Origin: Actinomycetota bacterium
GTDB taxonomy: Bacteria; Actinomycetota; Coriobacteriia; Anaerosomatales; D1FN1-002
Direction: 5' to 3'
NCBI GenBank assembly: GCA_037445995.1
Contig: JBBIJK010000006.1
Location: 3,629 to 67,628 of the forward strand
DNA: 64,000 nucleotides
Positions 52,913-61,713 of the stretch are shown here, piece by piece. How positions within the stretch are numbered: the first letter of the stretch is position 1; each line of letters begins with the position of its first letter. Under the pieces are notes generated by a model. It did not search any database. It was not told the DNA's origin and saw nothing but the letters and a program-made list of their open reading frames with translations. The position numbers and the translations under genes were made by a program.

Positions 52913-52977
52913 GATTAGAGAGGGCGAAGTCATAGGATTAGAGAGGACTAACAACGGGGATGTAGTCCTTAGAGATT
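52913..52977 (+). promoter_or_regulatory. direct-repeat array GATTAGAGAGG x2 plus TTAGAGA, with embedded 7-bp inverted repeat
   Basis: Exact 11-mers lie at 52913-52923 and 52936-52946, a 23-bp period. A third TTAGAGA core lies at 52969-52975. AGGACTA (52944-52950) and TAGTCCT (52963-52969) form an inverted repeat. The patch is AT-rich and upstream of the gene at 53009. Confidence 0.4.
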
Positions 52978-53008
52978 GTCACAACGGAAGTGCGAGGAGG
53001 CGAGAACG

Positions 53009-53716
53009 ATGAGGGCGATGATGGGGCAAGTGGCCCGCACTCGAAGGTCCTCCGGTACAGGCGTCATCGCACTGTCGGTGTTCGTTGCGCTAGCCGTGGC
53101 GTTCACCTACGCGACGGTGGCCTACGCATCGGTGGTAGTGCCTCTCAAGAGTGCGCATGTTGGCGCCAGCAGCGAGACCTTCAACAACGAGACAGATGAC
53201 GGCGGCTTGTCCGCCGCGGTCGTCTGGCACTTCGTACTCAACGGTTTGGATCACGGGACCGGCCAGGGTGTCATCACGGTGAATTTCGCCGGGGCTGGCT
53301 CGGTGACCGCCAGCGGACGGGTGGTGGGTAACGGCAGCACCCAGCACTTCTACGTGGGGACCTCCGGTCACGACGTGATCGTTGGTGCCTCCGCTGCGGT
53401 GGATTCAGCGGGGTACGGTCAGCTCGTTCTCAGTCACGTTTCCTGGGACGATCTGGTGGACCCCGAGGACCCGCAGGACCCTGAGGACCCGCAGGACCCC
53501 GAGGACCCGCAGGACCCCGAGGACCCGCAGGACCCTGAGGACCCGCAGGACCCTGAGGACCCGCAGGACCCTGAGGAGCCTTTCCTTCCCTTCACCGAGG
53601 AAGACCCCGAGTACCTTCCCTTCACCGGTGTGGACAACGGAGCGTTCGCGGCAGGAGTGGCGCTGCTGCTGACCAGTGGCGGCATCATGCGGCGGTGGGC
53701 GCGACGAGTGGTCTGA
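53009..53716 (+). CDS. LPXTG-type (LPFTG) cell-wall-anchored surface protein with (DPEDPQ)6 stalk
   Basis: ATG start after GAGGAGG, then a signal peptide ending AYA. An about 120-aa N-terminal domain is followed by an acidic Pro-rich repeat. The C-terminal sorting signal is LPFTG, then a hydrophobic stretch, then RRWARR. Confidence 0.75.
   Translation: MRAMMGQVARTRRSSGTGVIALSVFVALAVAFTYATVAYASVVVPLKSAHVGASSETFNNETDDGGLSAAVVWHFVLNGLDHGTGQGVITVNFAGAGSVTASGRVVGNGSTQHFYVGTSGHDVIVGASAAVDSAGYGQLVLSHVSWDDLVDPEDPQDPEDPQDPEDPQDPEDPQDPEDPQDPEDPQDPEEPFLPFTEEDPEYLPFTGVDNGAFAAGVALLLTSGGIMRRWARRVV
53459..53575 (+). repeat. in-frame 18-bp tandem repeat (GACCCNGAGGACCCGCAG), about 6.5 copies
   Basis: Counted codon by codon. 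Six full DPEDPQ units span 53459-53566, followed by a partial DPE. Variation is only at synonymous third positions. Confidence 0.95.
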
Positions 53717-53738
53717 CCGGACAGACCGCACGACCCCG

Positions 53739-53768
53739 AGAGGGCCGCTTACGCGGCCCTCTTTCTTC
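53739..53768 (+). terminator. rho-independent terminator
   Basis: AGAGGGCCGC-TTAC-GCGGCCCTCT followed by TTCTTCC. Confidence 0.65.
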
Positions 53769-53842
53769 CTATAGGCTAGGGCGGGGTACAAACCCGATCG
53801 AGGCGAAGTCGCCGTGTTGCCCACACGTTTCCAGGAGGCAGG

Positions 53843-54049
53843 ATGCAGCCAACCGCGCTGACGGTCATCGCAGGCGGGGTGTTCCTCGCGCTGATGCTCA
53901 TGCTCCAGGTCGCGTCGGGGAAGCGTTGGATCCGCTTCGGCCACAGGCAGATGAGGGTGCACTCACGGACAGCCTGGGTGATCGTCGCCCTGACGGCGCT
54001 TCACGGCCTTGGTGCGCTGGCGTACCTAGGCTACATCCCGACCCCCTAG
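53843..54049 (+). CDS. small two-helix membrane protein
   Basis: 68 aa with RBS CAGGAGGCAGG before the ATG and two hydrophobic helices. Confidence 0.4.
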   Translation: MQPTALTVIAGGVFLALMLMLQVASGKRWIRFGHRQMRVHSRTAWVIVALTALHGLGALAYLGYIPTP

Positions 54050-54066
54050 CGCCCTCTCGCATCCTA

Positions 54067-54072
54067 TAGAAT
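54067..54072 (+). promoter_or_regulatory. -10-like hexamer TAGAAT upstream of purC
   Basis: An AT-rich hexamer in a GC-rich background, 83 nt before the purC start. The same octamer TAGAATGC recurs upstream of purL. Confidence 0.3.
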
Positions 54073-54154
54073 GCTCCGGAGCGGGCCGCCCGTGCGAAGA
54101 CGTTCGGACAGCCGGGTGCCCTAGGCCTTCCCGCCGACCAGAAGGACCCGACGC

Positions 54155-55039
54155 GTGTCCATCGACATCCGACCCGATGCGCAGGGCAAGGTGCGAGACC
54201 TGTACGATCTCGGCGATCGGCTGCTGCTCGTGGCCTCCGATCGCATCAGCGCCTTTGACGTGGTCCTTCCTGATGCCATCCCGTTCAAGGGCGAGTTGCT
54301 AACCAGACTCTCCCTGTTCTGGTTCGACCTGCTCGGGGACCTGCTGCCGAACCACCTTCTGTCCGCCGAAGTCTCCGACCTGCCCGACGAGTTCCAGCCT
54401 CACGCCGAGTGGCTTCGCGGCCGCTTCATGCTGGTGAGGAAGGCGAAGGTGCATCCGATCGAGTGCATCGTCCGGGGATACCTCGCGGGGTCTGGGTGGA
54501 AGGAGTACCGGGGCGCCGGGACCGTATGCGGCATCCCGCTGCCGCCCGGGCTGCGTGAGTCGGACAGGCTGTCGAAGCCGCTGTTCACCCCGTCCACCAA
54601 GGCTGCCGCAGGCGAGCGCGATGAAAACATCAGCTTCGAGCGGACCGCTGGGATCGTGGGGGATGAGCTGGCGACGAGGCTTCGCGACCTTTCGATCAGC
54701 GTGTACTCCCGGGCTCGTGAGCACGCCGCGTCCACAGGCATCATCATCGCAGATACCAAATTGGAGTTCGGCGACGTCGACGGTGAACTGACCCTGATCG
54801 ACGAGGTGCTCACGCCGGACTCCAGCCGGTTCTGGCCGGTCGACGACTACGAGCCGGGTCGAAGCCAGGCGTCATTCGACAAGCAGTACGTGCGCGACTG
54901 GCTGGAGTCCTCGGGCTGGGACAGGTCCTCGGAGCCGCCAGCGCTCCCCGCGGAGATTGTGGAGGGTACCAGCGAGCGCTACATCCAAGCTTACGAACTG
55001 ATCACGGGGGCGACGTTCGTCCCAGAGAGTGTGGTCTGA
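54155..55039 (+). CDS. purC: SAICAR synthetase (long form)
   Basis: 294 aa with GKVRDLY and LVASDRISAFDVVL, the long-type PurC pattern. Confidence 0.95.
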   Translation: MSIDIRPDAQGKVRDLYDLGDRLLLVASDRISAFDVVLPDAIPFKGELLTRLSLFWFDLLGDLLPNHLLSAEVSDLPDEFQPHAEWLRGRFMLVRKAKVHPIECIVRGYLAGSGWKEYRGAGTVCGIPLPPGLRESDRLSKPLFTPSTKAAAGERDENISFERTAGIVGDELATRLRDLSISVYSRAREHAASTGIIIADTKLEFGDVDGELTLIDEVLTPDSSRFWPVDDYEPGRSQASFDKQYVRDWLESSGWDRSSEPPALPAEIVEGTSERYIQAYELITGATFVPESVV

Positions 55040-55042
55040 GCG

Positions 55043-55453
55043 ATGGGCCGTCGTTCTCCGACACACCAGCGCTACCAGCACGGCACACCTGGGCGGACGC
55101 GCAAGAGCTCCGCTTCGCTGAAGCCCAAGCGTTCGACCTCAGGGACCGCGCCGGCCGCCCGAGGGAAGGCATCCTCGGCGTGGAGACGGGCGCGGACGCC
55201 CGATCCACCTGAGGTGCGCCGATGGCGGAGACTGTGGTGGGCGTTCATCATCACGGCGCTCGTCCCGGTGGCGTACATGTTCGTGCCGGGCTGGTTCATC
55301 GAGGGTTGGAAGGCGGATCCGGAGATCGCGCGGATCGGCCTGGCGATCGAGTTCGGAGCCTTCGCGGCTGCGATCTACATCGACCTGGTCGTCATCCGCC
55401 GGATCCGCAAGCAGGCCGCGGCGAAGGTCGCCGACGGGGGCGGTGGCCAGTGA
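55043..55453 (+). CDS. hypothetical membrane protein inside the pur operon
   Basis: It starts 3 nt after the purC stop. A basic, low-complexity N-terminus is followed by two TM helices. Codon bias is convincing only from about 55214 (alternative GTG). Confidence 0.4.
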   Translation: MGRRSPTHQRYQHGTPGRTRKSSASLKPKRSTSGTAPAARGKASSAWRRARTPDPPEVRRWRRLWWAFIITALVPVAYMFVPGWFIEGWKADPEIARIGLAIEFGAFAAAIYIDLVVIRRIRKQAAAKVADGGGGQ

Positions 55454-55740
55454 CTTCGCCGAAGCTGCCGCCCGAGGTGCGGTGGGCGCTATGGGCGTTG
55501 CGGGCGGGCTTGGCCGTCGCGCTGGTCGGGATTGTAGGGTTCCTGTTGTCCTTCGGGCAGGTCGGAGCGCCTTCGCTCGCGTCGGCCGATTACCATCCGA
55601 TGCCGACCGTCGCGCTGGCCTCGGTCGTCGCGTGGTTCGTCGGTGTGGGTGTGGCGACGGGCGCGCGGCTGCACGTTCGGGGGGTCGCCCGCAGGCACGC
55701 GAGCAGGCGCGAGGGCCTGACCGGGGAGGATGAGAACTGA
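55450..55740 (+). CDS. hypothetical membrane protein inside the pur operon
   Basis: The GTG start overlaps the upstream stop (GTGA). 96 aa with three hydrophobic helices. It ends at the purS start. Confidence 0.4.
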   Translation: MTSPKLPPEVRWALWALRAGLAVALVGIVGFLLSFGQVGAPSLASADYHPMPTVALASVVAWFVGVGVATGARLHVRGVARRHASRREGLTGEDEN

Positions 55741-55979
55741 TGGCGCGCTATGTGGTCTACGTTACCTACAAGACAGGGATCTTCGACCCGCCCGGCGCGA
55801 CGGCGCAAAGGGCGCTGGTCAACATGGGCTACTGCGAGGTCGGCGACGTCAGGATCGGCAAGTACATCACGCTGGACGTCGCGGAGGGCACGAGCGAGGA
55901 CCGGGTCCGCGCGATGTGCGAGAAGCTCCTCGCCAACCCGGTGATCGAGGACTTCCGCATCGAGAAGGCCGAGGGGTGA
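55740..55979 (+). CDS. purS: FGAM synthase subunit PurS
   Basis: 79 aa. The sequence YVVYVTYKTGIFDPPGATAQRAL...NPVIEDFRIE is typical of PurS. Confidence 0.9.
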   Translation: MARYVVYVTYKTGIFDPPGATAQRALVNMGYCEVGDVRIGKYITLDVAEGTSEDRVRAMCEKLLANPVIEDFRIEKAEG

Positions 55980-55985
55980 TCGAGG

Positions 55986-56681
55986 GTGCGCTTCGGTGTC
56001 GTCGTCTTCCCGGGCTCCAACTGCGAGCAGGATGTGGTCCACGCGGCCCGGCACCTAGGGTTCGAGGCGGACTACGTCTGGCACGGTGACACCGATCTGT
56101 CCGGCTTCGACGCAGTCGTGTTGCCTGGCGGGTTCTCCTACGGCGACTACCTGCGCTGCGGCGCGGTCGCCCGCTTCTCGCCGGTGATGGCCGAGGTTGT
56201 CAGGTTCGCGGCCAAGGGCGGGCCCGTCATCGGCATCTGCAACGGGTTCCAGATACTGTGCGAGGCACATCTCCTCCCGGGCGCGCTGCTCAGGAACCGC
56301 GGTCTGAAGTTCATCTGCCGGGAGGTATCGCTCAGGGTCGAGGACAGCGTGTGCCAGTGGGTCGACCTTCCGGCCGGGTCGGTGGTGCGCATCCCGATCA
56401 ATCACAACGAAGGCAACTTCATCTGCGACCCGGAGGTGCTGAAGAGCCTGAAGGAGGGCGGCCGCATCGTCCTCCGCTACTGCGACGAGGACGGGGTCGT
56501 CGACCTCGATGCCGCTCCCAACGGCGCCCTCGACGCGATCGCCGGCGTCTGCAACGAGACGGGCAACGTCTTTGGGTTGATGCCGCATCCGGAGCGGGCG
56601 GTGGACCCTGTCACCGGACGCACCGACGGCGCCGCATTCTTCGGAGCGATCGCAGGTCGGGTGGCGGCGCTCGCCGGGTGA
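55986..56681 (+). CDS. purQ: FGAM synthase glutaminase subunit PurQ
   Basis: VVVFPGSNCEQD and GGFSYGDYLRCGA are present. The nucleophile Cys is in GICNGFQIL, followed by MPHPER. Confidence 0.95.
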   Translation: MRFGVVVFPGSNCEQDVVHAARHLGFEADYVWHGDTDLSGFDAVVLPGGFSYGDYLRCGAVARFSPVMAEVVRFAAKGGPVIGICNGFQILCEAHLLPGALLRNRGLKFICREVSLRVEDSVCQWVDLPAGSVVRIPINHNEGNFICDPEVLKSLKEGGRIVLRYCDEDGVVDLDAAPNGALDAIAGVCNETGNVFGLMPHPERAVDPVTGRTDGAAFFGAIAGRVAALAG

Positions 56682-56737
56682 GCCGCCGGCATGCGGTCGT
56701 GGGCGCGCGAGGCGTCCACCGGAGAACGCGTGTGACC

Positions 56738-56743
56738 TAGAAT
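56738..56743 (+). promoter_or_regulatory. -10-like hexamer TAGAAT upstream of purL
   Basis: It lies in the 103-bp purQ-purL gap, 42 nt before the ATG, and shares TAGAATGC with the purC upstream region. Confidence 0.25.
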
Positions 56744-56784
56744 GCGGGGGTAGCCAGTCCCGCCGGACATTAGGAGCCTCGCGC

Positions 56785-59064
56785 ATGTCCCAGCCGCTCG
56801 AAACGCCCGCACCAGACCTATCCGAGGAGCTGGCGCCGCAGCTGGCCGTCGAGCTGGGTCTCAGGCCCGACGAGTACGCCCGAGTGGTCGAGGTCCTCGG
56901 CAGGACCCCGACCGTCACCGAGCTGTACATGTACTCCCTGATGTGGAGCGAGCACTGCAGCTACAAGCACTCGCGCAAGGCGCTGCGGATGTTCCCCAAC
57001 GACGGGCCGCACGTGCTTCAGGGGCCTGGGGAGAATGCCGGTGTGATCTCGGTCGGTGACGGGTATGCGGTCGCCTTCAAGATGGAGTCGCACAACCACC
57101 CCAGCGCGATCGAGCCCTACCAAGGGGCGGCCACGGGGGTGGGCGGGATCATCCGCGACATCTTCACCATGGGAGCCCGACCGATAGCCTCGCTGGATTC
57201 GCTTCGCTTCGGCACGCTGGACGACCCGCGGCAGCGGTATCTGTTCGAGGGCGCTGTCGCTGGCATCGGCGGTTACGGCAACTGCATCGGCGTCCCGACT
57301 GTGGGGGGTGAGGTCTACTTCGAGGAAGCATACGCGGGAAACTGCCTGATCAACGCCATGTCCATAGGGCTGCTGCGCGAGGAGAACCTCACCCGAGCGG
57401 TCGCGGCCGGCCCGGGCAATCACGTCCTCCTGATCGGTTCCACCACCGGTCGCGACGGGATCGGAGGGGCCTCGGTCCTTGCCAGCCAGGAGTTCGATGA
57501 GAAGGCCGAGGACAAGCGGCCATCCGTCCAGGTCGGCGATCCCTTCGAGGAGAAGCTGCTCATCGAGGCGTGCCTCGAGTTGCTCGACAAGGGCCTGCTG
57601 GTCGCCCTCGGGGATTGCGGGGCTGCGGGGCTGACCAGCTCGATCAGCGAGATGGCGAGCCGCGGCGAGGTGGGGGTCGACATAGACGTCACAGCGGTGC
57701 CGCAGCGCGAGGAGGGGATGCGCCCGTTCGAGGTGATGGTCTCCGAGTCTCAGGAGCGGATGGTCGCGGTCGTCACCCCCGGGAACCTCGAGGCCGCCCA
57801 TGCGGTGTGTGGCAAGTGGGGGTTGCGATCGACGGTCATCGGCCGGGTGACGGATTCCGGTCGCTTCGTGGTCCGCGAGGGCGACAGGGTCGTCGGCGAC
57901 ATGCCGGCGGCGTCCCTCGCACACGATGCGCCGGTCTACGACCCGGAGATGCGCCGTCCCGCCTACCTCGACGAGGCGCACGCGCTCGACATCGGGGCCC
58001 TCGCGCATCCGACGGACCAGGGCACGCTGGGCGAGACGCTGCTCACACTGCTCGCGAGCCCCAACATCTGCTCACGGCGCTGGATCTGGGAGCAGTACGA
58101 TCACCAAGTGCGCTTGGGGACCGTGATCCTTCCCGGTCACGACGCGGCCGTCATCAGGATCGGCGCCGGGACACGGGGGATCGCGGCGAGCGCTGACTGC
58201 AACGGCCGCTACTGCTATCTCGACCCCTACGTGGGCGCGCAGATAGCCTTCGCCGAGGCCGCGCGCAACGTGGCGTGCGCGGGCGGCAGGCCCGCCGCCA
58301 TCACCGACTGTCTGAACTTCGGCAACCCCGAGAAGCCGGAGGTCTTCTGGACCTTCCACGAGGCCGTGCGCGGGCTGGCGGACGCTTGCAGGGCGTTCGG
58401 CGTGCCGGTCATCTCGGGCAACGTGAGCTTCTACAACGAGTCGTTCGGCCAGGCGATCCACCCCACCCCGACGGTAGGCCTCGTCGGACTGGTGGACGAT
58501 GTGACCAGGGCGCCGGGCATGGCGTTCAGGGAGGCCGGCGACGTCATCGTCCTTGTCGGCGAAACCGGCGACGAGCTCGGCGGAAGCGAGTACCTCAAGG
58601 TTCTCCATGGCCTGGTAGGCGGCCGCCCGCCCTCGCTCGACCTCGAACTGGAGCGTGACGTCCAGGAGGTCGTCTTGGAGGCGATCGACGCCGGGCTCGT
58701 CCGCTCGGCGCACGACTGCTCCGAGGGCGGCATGGCCGTCGCGCTGGCGGAGTGCTGCGTCGCTGGCGGCATCGGCGCCGATGTGCACCTCGAAGGCGAG
58801 CTCCCCTCCCACGCCGCCATGTTCTCCGAGACGCAAAGCAGGGTCGTCGTGACGCTTGCCGAGAGCGACGTGGAGAGGTTCGAGCAGATGTGCGTCGGGC
58901 GCCAGGTGCCCTACGCGGTGGCCGGCACGGTCGGCGGAGACTCACTCGCCCTTTGCGGTATGTGCGAAGTGCCGCTCCCGCTTCTGTCGCGCGCGTACGA
59001 GGACACTCTCGAGCGGCTCGTGCACGGGGACCCGCCGGTCCCCGAGGAGATGCGGGCGGGGTGA
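56785..59064 (+). CDS. purL: FGAM synthase II, large subunit
   Basis: 759 aa with RBS AGGAG. Motifs are EHCSYKHS and ESHNHPSAIEPYQGAATGVGG. Confidence 0.95.
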   Translation: MSQPLETPAPDLSEELAPQLAVELGLRPDEYARVVEVLGRTPTVTELYMYSLMWSEHCSYKHSRKALRMFPNDGPHVLQGPGENAGVISVGDGYAVAFKMESHNHPSAIEPYQGAATGVGGIIRDIFTMGARPIASLDSLRFGTLDDPRQRYLFEGAVAGIGGYGNCIGVPTVGGEVYFEEAYAGNCLINAMSIGLLREENLTRAVAAGPGNHVLLIGSTTGRDGIGGASVLASQEFDEKAEDKRPSVQVGDPFEEKLLIEACLELLDKGLLVALGDCGAAGLTSSISEMASRGEVGVDIDVTAVPQREEGMRPFEVMVSESQERMVAVVTPGNLEAAHAVCGKWGLRSTVIGRVTDSGRFVVREGDRVVGDMPAASLAHDAPVYDPEMRRPAYLDEAHALDIGALAHPTDQGTLGETLLTLLASPNICSRRWIWEQYDHQVRLGTVILPGHDAAVIRIGAGTRGIAASADCNGRYCYLDPYVGAQIAFAEAARNVACAGGRPAAITDCLNFGNPEKPEVFWTFHEAVRGLADACRAFGVPVISGNVSFYNESFGQAIHPTPTVGLVGLVDDVTRAPGMAFREAGDVIVLVGETGDELGGSEYLKVLHGLVGGRPPSLDLELERDVQEVVLEAIDAGLVRSAHDCSEGGMAVALAECCVAGGIGADVHLEGELPSHAAMFSETQSRVVVTLAESDVERFEQMCVGRQVPYAVAGTVGGDSLALCGMCEVPLPLLSRAYEDTLERLVHGDPPVPEEMRAG

Positions 59065-59067
59065 GGG

Positions 59068-59697
59068 GTGATGTGGCGGCGAAGCTGGGTCGCTCCGGTC
59101 GCGGCAGCAGCCGCCCTCGCCGTCGGGACGACGCTGGTCGTCTTTGCCGTCGGCGGCTTGGCGTCGCCTGAGGGTGAGACGCCGCGGACCCCCGCTCCTC
59201 CGGGCGCCCGCGTGACGACCTCTCCGGTGACCGCGGGGCCGGGAAGCCCCGAGCCGACGGCGCCCCCGGCGGGTGGCGACTCGCCGACTGTCGTCGCCAC
59301 CGGATCGCCCTTGCCATCTCCTCCCCCGGCCGCGCGGCCGCCCGCGGCTCCGCCCGCGCCCCCTCAAGGCACCGCGAGCGACTCGACCTCCTTCACGGCC
59401 TCGCAGGTGATGGCGGCCGCTTCCGGGTTCCTTAAGGACGTCGGAGCTGGCCGGGCGGCGGCCTACCGGGCCGCCTGCACCCCCTCGTTCGCGGCCGCGA
59501 TGCAGCCGCCCCTCGCGGGTGCGGCACCGGGCGATCTTGCCTCCTTCGAGATCCTGATGGCGCTCCGGCAGGGCGGCAGGTGGGTCGCTTACGTCGGTGA
59601 ACGTTGGAGCGATGGCGAGCGTCAGTCGCGGTATGTCTTCCAGGAGACCCGCGACGGGCTGCTGGTGGACGGCGTCGAGTACGCCGACATCCCCTGA
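59068..59697 (+). CDS. hypothetical secreted/anchored Pro-rich protein inside the pur operon
   Basis: It starts 3 nt after the purL stop. An N-terminal hydrophobic helix is followed by a Pro/Ala-rich linker of about 90 aa and a C-terminal globular region of about 90 aa. Confidence 0.45.
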   Translation: MMWRRSWVAPVAAAAALAVGTTLVVFAVGGLASPEGETPRTPAPPGARVTTSPVTAGPGSPEPTAPPAGGDSPTVVATGSPLPSPPPAARPPAAPPAPPQGTASDSTSFTASQVMAAASGFLKDVGAGRAAAYRAACTPSFAAAMQPPLAGAAPGDLASFEILMALRQGGRWVAYVGERWSDGERQSRYVFQETRDGLLVDGVEYADIP

Positions 59698-59784
59698 GCG
59701 CTTCGCCCGGCGATCCTCGCGGCCACCGTCGTCACGCGCCGTGCTATCCTGCACGCGTTCATTCCTCGTCGCTCCCAGGAAGCC

Positions 59785-61227
59785 GTGACCGACAACACCG
59801 ACTGGAGCCTGTCAGATCCCCCCGAGCACCCCGAGGAGGCGTGCGGAGTCTTTGGCGTATACGCTCCCGGAGAGGATGTCGGGAAGCTCACCTACTTCGC
59901 GCTTCATGCCCTGCAGCATCGCGGGCAGGAGTCAGCCGGGATCGCAGTCGCCGACGGCCACACCCTGACGGTCACGAAGCATCTGGGGCTGGTCCCGCAC
60001 GCTTTCAAGCCCTCCGACCTCGCGAGCCTGGAGGGCCATCTCGCCATCGGGCACACGCGCTACTCGACGACCGGCTCCTCGGGCAGCTGGGAGAACGCGC
60101 AGCCGATGATCTCGGCCGTCGGCCACAACACCATCGCGCTGGCCCACAACGGCAACCTGGTCAACACCTCTGAGTTGCGAGACGGCCTCCACGGTAGGGG
60201 CGTGCGCTTCCGTTCGACGACCGACTCGGAGGTCCTGGCGACGCTGGTCGACCACTTCACGAAGCAGCACAACTCGATGAGGGCCGGGATCCGCGAGACG
60301 ATGAAGCTCGTGCGAGGCGCGTATTCGGCGGTCCTCATGTCCGAGGAGGCGCTGTACGCTTTCCGCGACCCCAACGGCATCCGCCCGCTGTCCCTGGGCC
60401 GGGTCGACGGAGTTGGCTGGGCGGTGGCCTCGGAGACCTGCGCTCTGGACCTCATCGGCGCGGAGTACCTCCGGGACGTCGCGCCCGGCGAGATAGTCAA
60501 GCTCAGCGGGTCCGGCCTCCACTCCGAGCAGGCCGTGCCCGCTGCCGATCGCTCGCTTTGCATCTTCGAGTTCATCTACTTCGCCCGCCCGGACTCGGTC
60601 CTGAACGACTGCACGCTCTACGAGGCCAGGCGCCGGATGGGCGCCGCCGTCGCCAGGAGCGCGCCTGTCGAGGCCGACATCGTCATCGGGGTCCCGGATT
60701 CCGGGGTGCCCGCCGCGGTGGGCTACGCGCAGGAGAGCGGGGTGCCTTTCGCGGAGGGGCTGGTCAAGAACCGCTACGTAGGGCGCACGTTCATCTCGCC
60801 CTCCCAGTCGCTGCGGCAGCAGGGCATCAAGCTCAAGCTCAACCCGCTGCGCAGCGTGCTCGCAGACCGCAGCGTGGTTGTGGTCGACGACTCCATCGTG
60901 CGAGGCAACACCTCCCGCAAGCTCGTCGCGCTGCTCAGGGAGGGTGGCGCGCGCGAGGTGCACATGCGGATAACCAGCCCGCCGGTGCGCTGGCCCTGCT
61001 TCTACGGCATCGACACCGACACACGGGAGCAGCTGATCGCGGCCTCGCAGTCGGTCGAGGAGGTCCGAGAGTACATCGGCGCGGACTCGCTGGCTTACCT
61101 GTCGGTCGAGGACATGCTGGCGTCCACGGGTGCCCCGGGGGCCGGGTACTGCGCGGCTTGCTTCACCGGCGAGTACCCGATCGAGATCCCCGAGAGCGTG
61201 CGAAGGGGCAAGATGGCGCTCGAATGA
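59785..61227 (+). CDS. purF: amidophosphoribosyltransferase
   Basis: The propeptide ends in ...EEACGVFGVY, giving the Ntn Cys. The PRTase motif is VVVVDDSIVRGNTS. The Fe-S Cys ligands are CFYGID and YCAACFTGEYP. Confidence 0.95.
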   Translation: MTDNTDWSLSDPPEHPEEACGVFGVYAPGEDVGKLTYFALHALQHRGQESAGIAVADGHTLTVTKHLGLVPHAFKPSDLASLEGHLAIGHTRYSTTGSSGSWENAQPMISAVGHNTIALAHNGNLVNTSELRDGLHGRGVRFRSTTDSEVLATLVDHFTKQHNSMRAGIRETMKLVRGAYSAVLMSEEALYAFRDPNGIRPLSLGRVDGVGWAVASETCALDLIGAEYLRDVAPGEIVKLSGSGLHSEQAVPAADRSLCIFEFIYFARPDSVLNDCTLYEARRRMGAAVARSAPVEADIVIGVPDSGVPAAVGYAQESGVPFAEGLVKNRYVGRTFISPSQSLRQQGIKLKLNPLRSVLADRSVVVVDDSIVRGNTSRKLVALLREGGAREVHMRITSPPVRWPCFYGIDTDTREQLIAASQSVEEVREYIGADSLAYLSVEDMLASTGAPGAGYCAACFTGEYPIEIPESVRRGKMALE

Positions 61228-61661
61228 GCGACGCGCTCCCCATGCTCGCTATCGGCCTGGAGCTTGGCGCGGCGTTCAACCCCTTCACGGCCGCGGCCGG
61301 AGCGGCCCTCGCGGCCGCCTACGTCACCTCCGACCTCCGCGCCCGAAGGACGACCGGGGCTGCGGCCCTCGCGACCGCCTGGCTGGCGGGGGACGGCCTG
61401 CGGGTGCTGGGCAGGGCCCGCGAGCTGCACGGCGGCGCCTCGCTCGCGCCCGAGTTCGCCAGCGCGCCCGCCTGGGCAGGCTGGACTGCGGTGGCGCTGT
61501 GGGTCCTTGTCGGAGTGGTCGTCGGCTACGCCGTCCCGGCCTGGGCTGGGGCGTTCGCCGGCCGCAGGACGGTGCTAGGACTCGATTGGCTGGTGGCAGG
61601 CAGCGTCGCGCTCACCGTGTCACTCGCGACCTCGGGCCTCCTGGGCTCGCTGGGCGGGTGA
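61224..61661 (+). CDS. hypothetical membrane protein inside the pur operon
   Basis: The ATG overlaps the purF stop (ATGA). 145 aa, Ala/Gly-rich, with four hydrophobic helices. Confidence 0.45.
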   Translation: MSDALPMLAIGLELGAAFNPFTAAAGAALAAAYVTSDLRARRTTGAAALATAWLAGDGLRVLGRARELHGGASLAPEFASAPAWAGWTAVALWVLVGVVVGYAVPAWAGAFAGRRTVLGLDWLVAGSVALTVSLATSGLLGSLGG

Positions 61662-61713
61662 GCCGCGGGCGGGTGGTACGATTGCCCTGCGTTCCGAGGC
61701 GAGAGGGAGACGG

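Noticed and set aside
53459-53575. Regular short repeats that could be mistaken for a CRISPR array
   Set aside because: The units are contiguous 18-mers with no spacers, in frame within a CDS encoding DPEDPQ. No cas genes are present.
54050-54154. Purine or ZTP riboswitch upstream of purC
   Set aside because: Neither the purine-riboswitch junction core nor the ZTP pseudoknot sequences (GGGTCGTGAC.../CCGCCTGGGC) could be found.
56055-60963. Minus-strand ORFs over purQ/purL/purF (56055-56930, 56818-58008, 58072-58836, 59932-60963)
   Set aside because: They are antisense to unmistakable pur genes with high-GC artefact frames.
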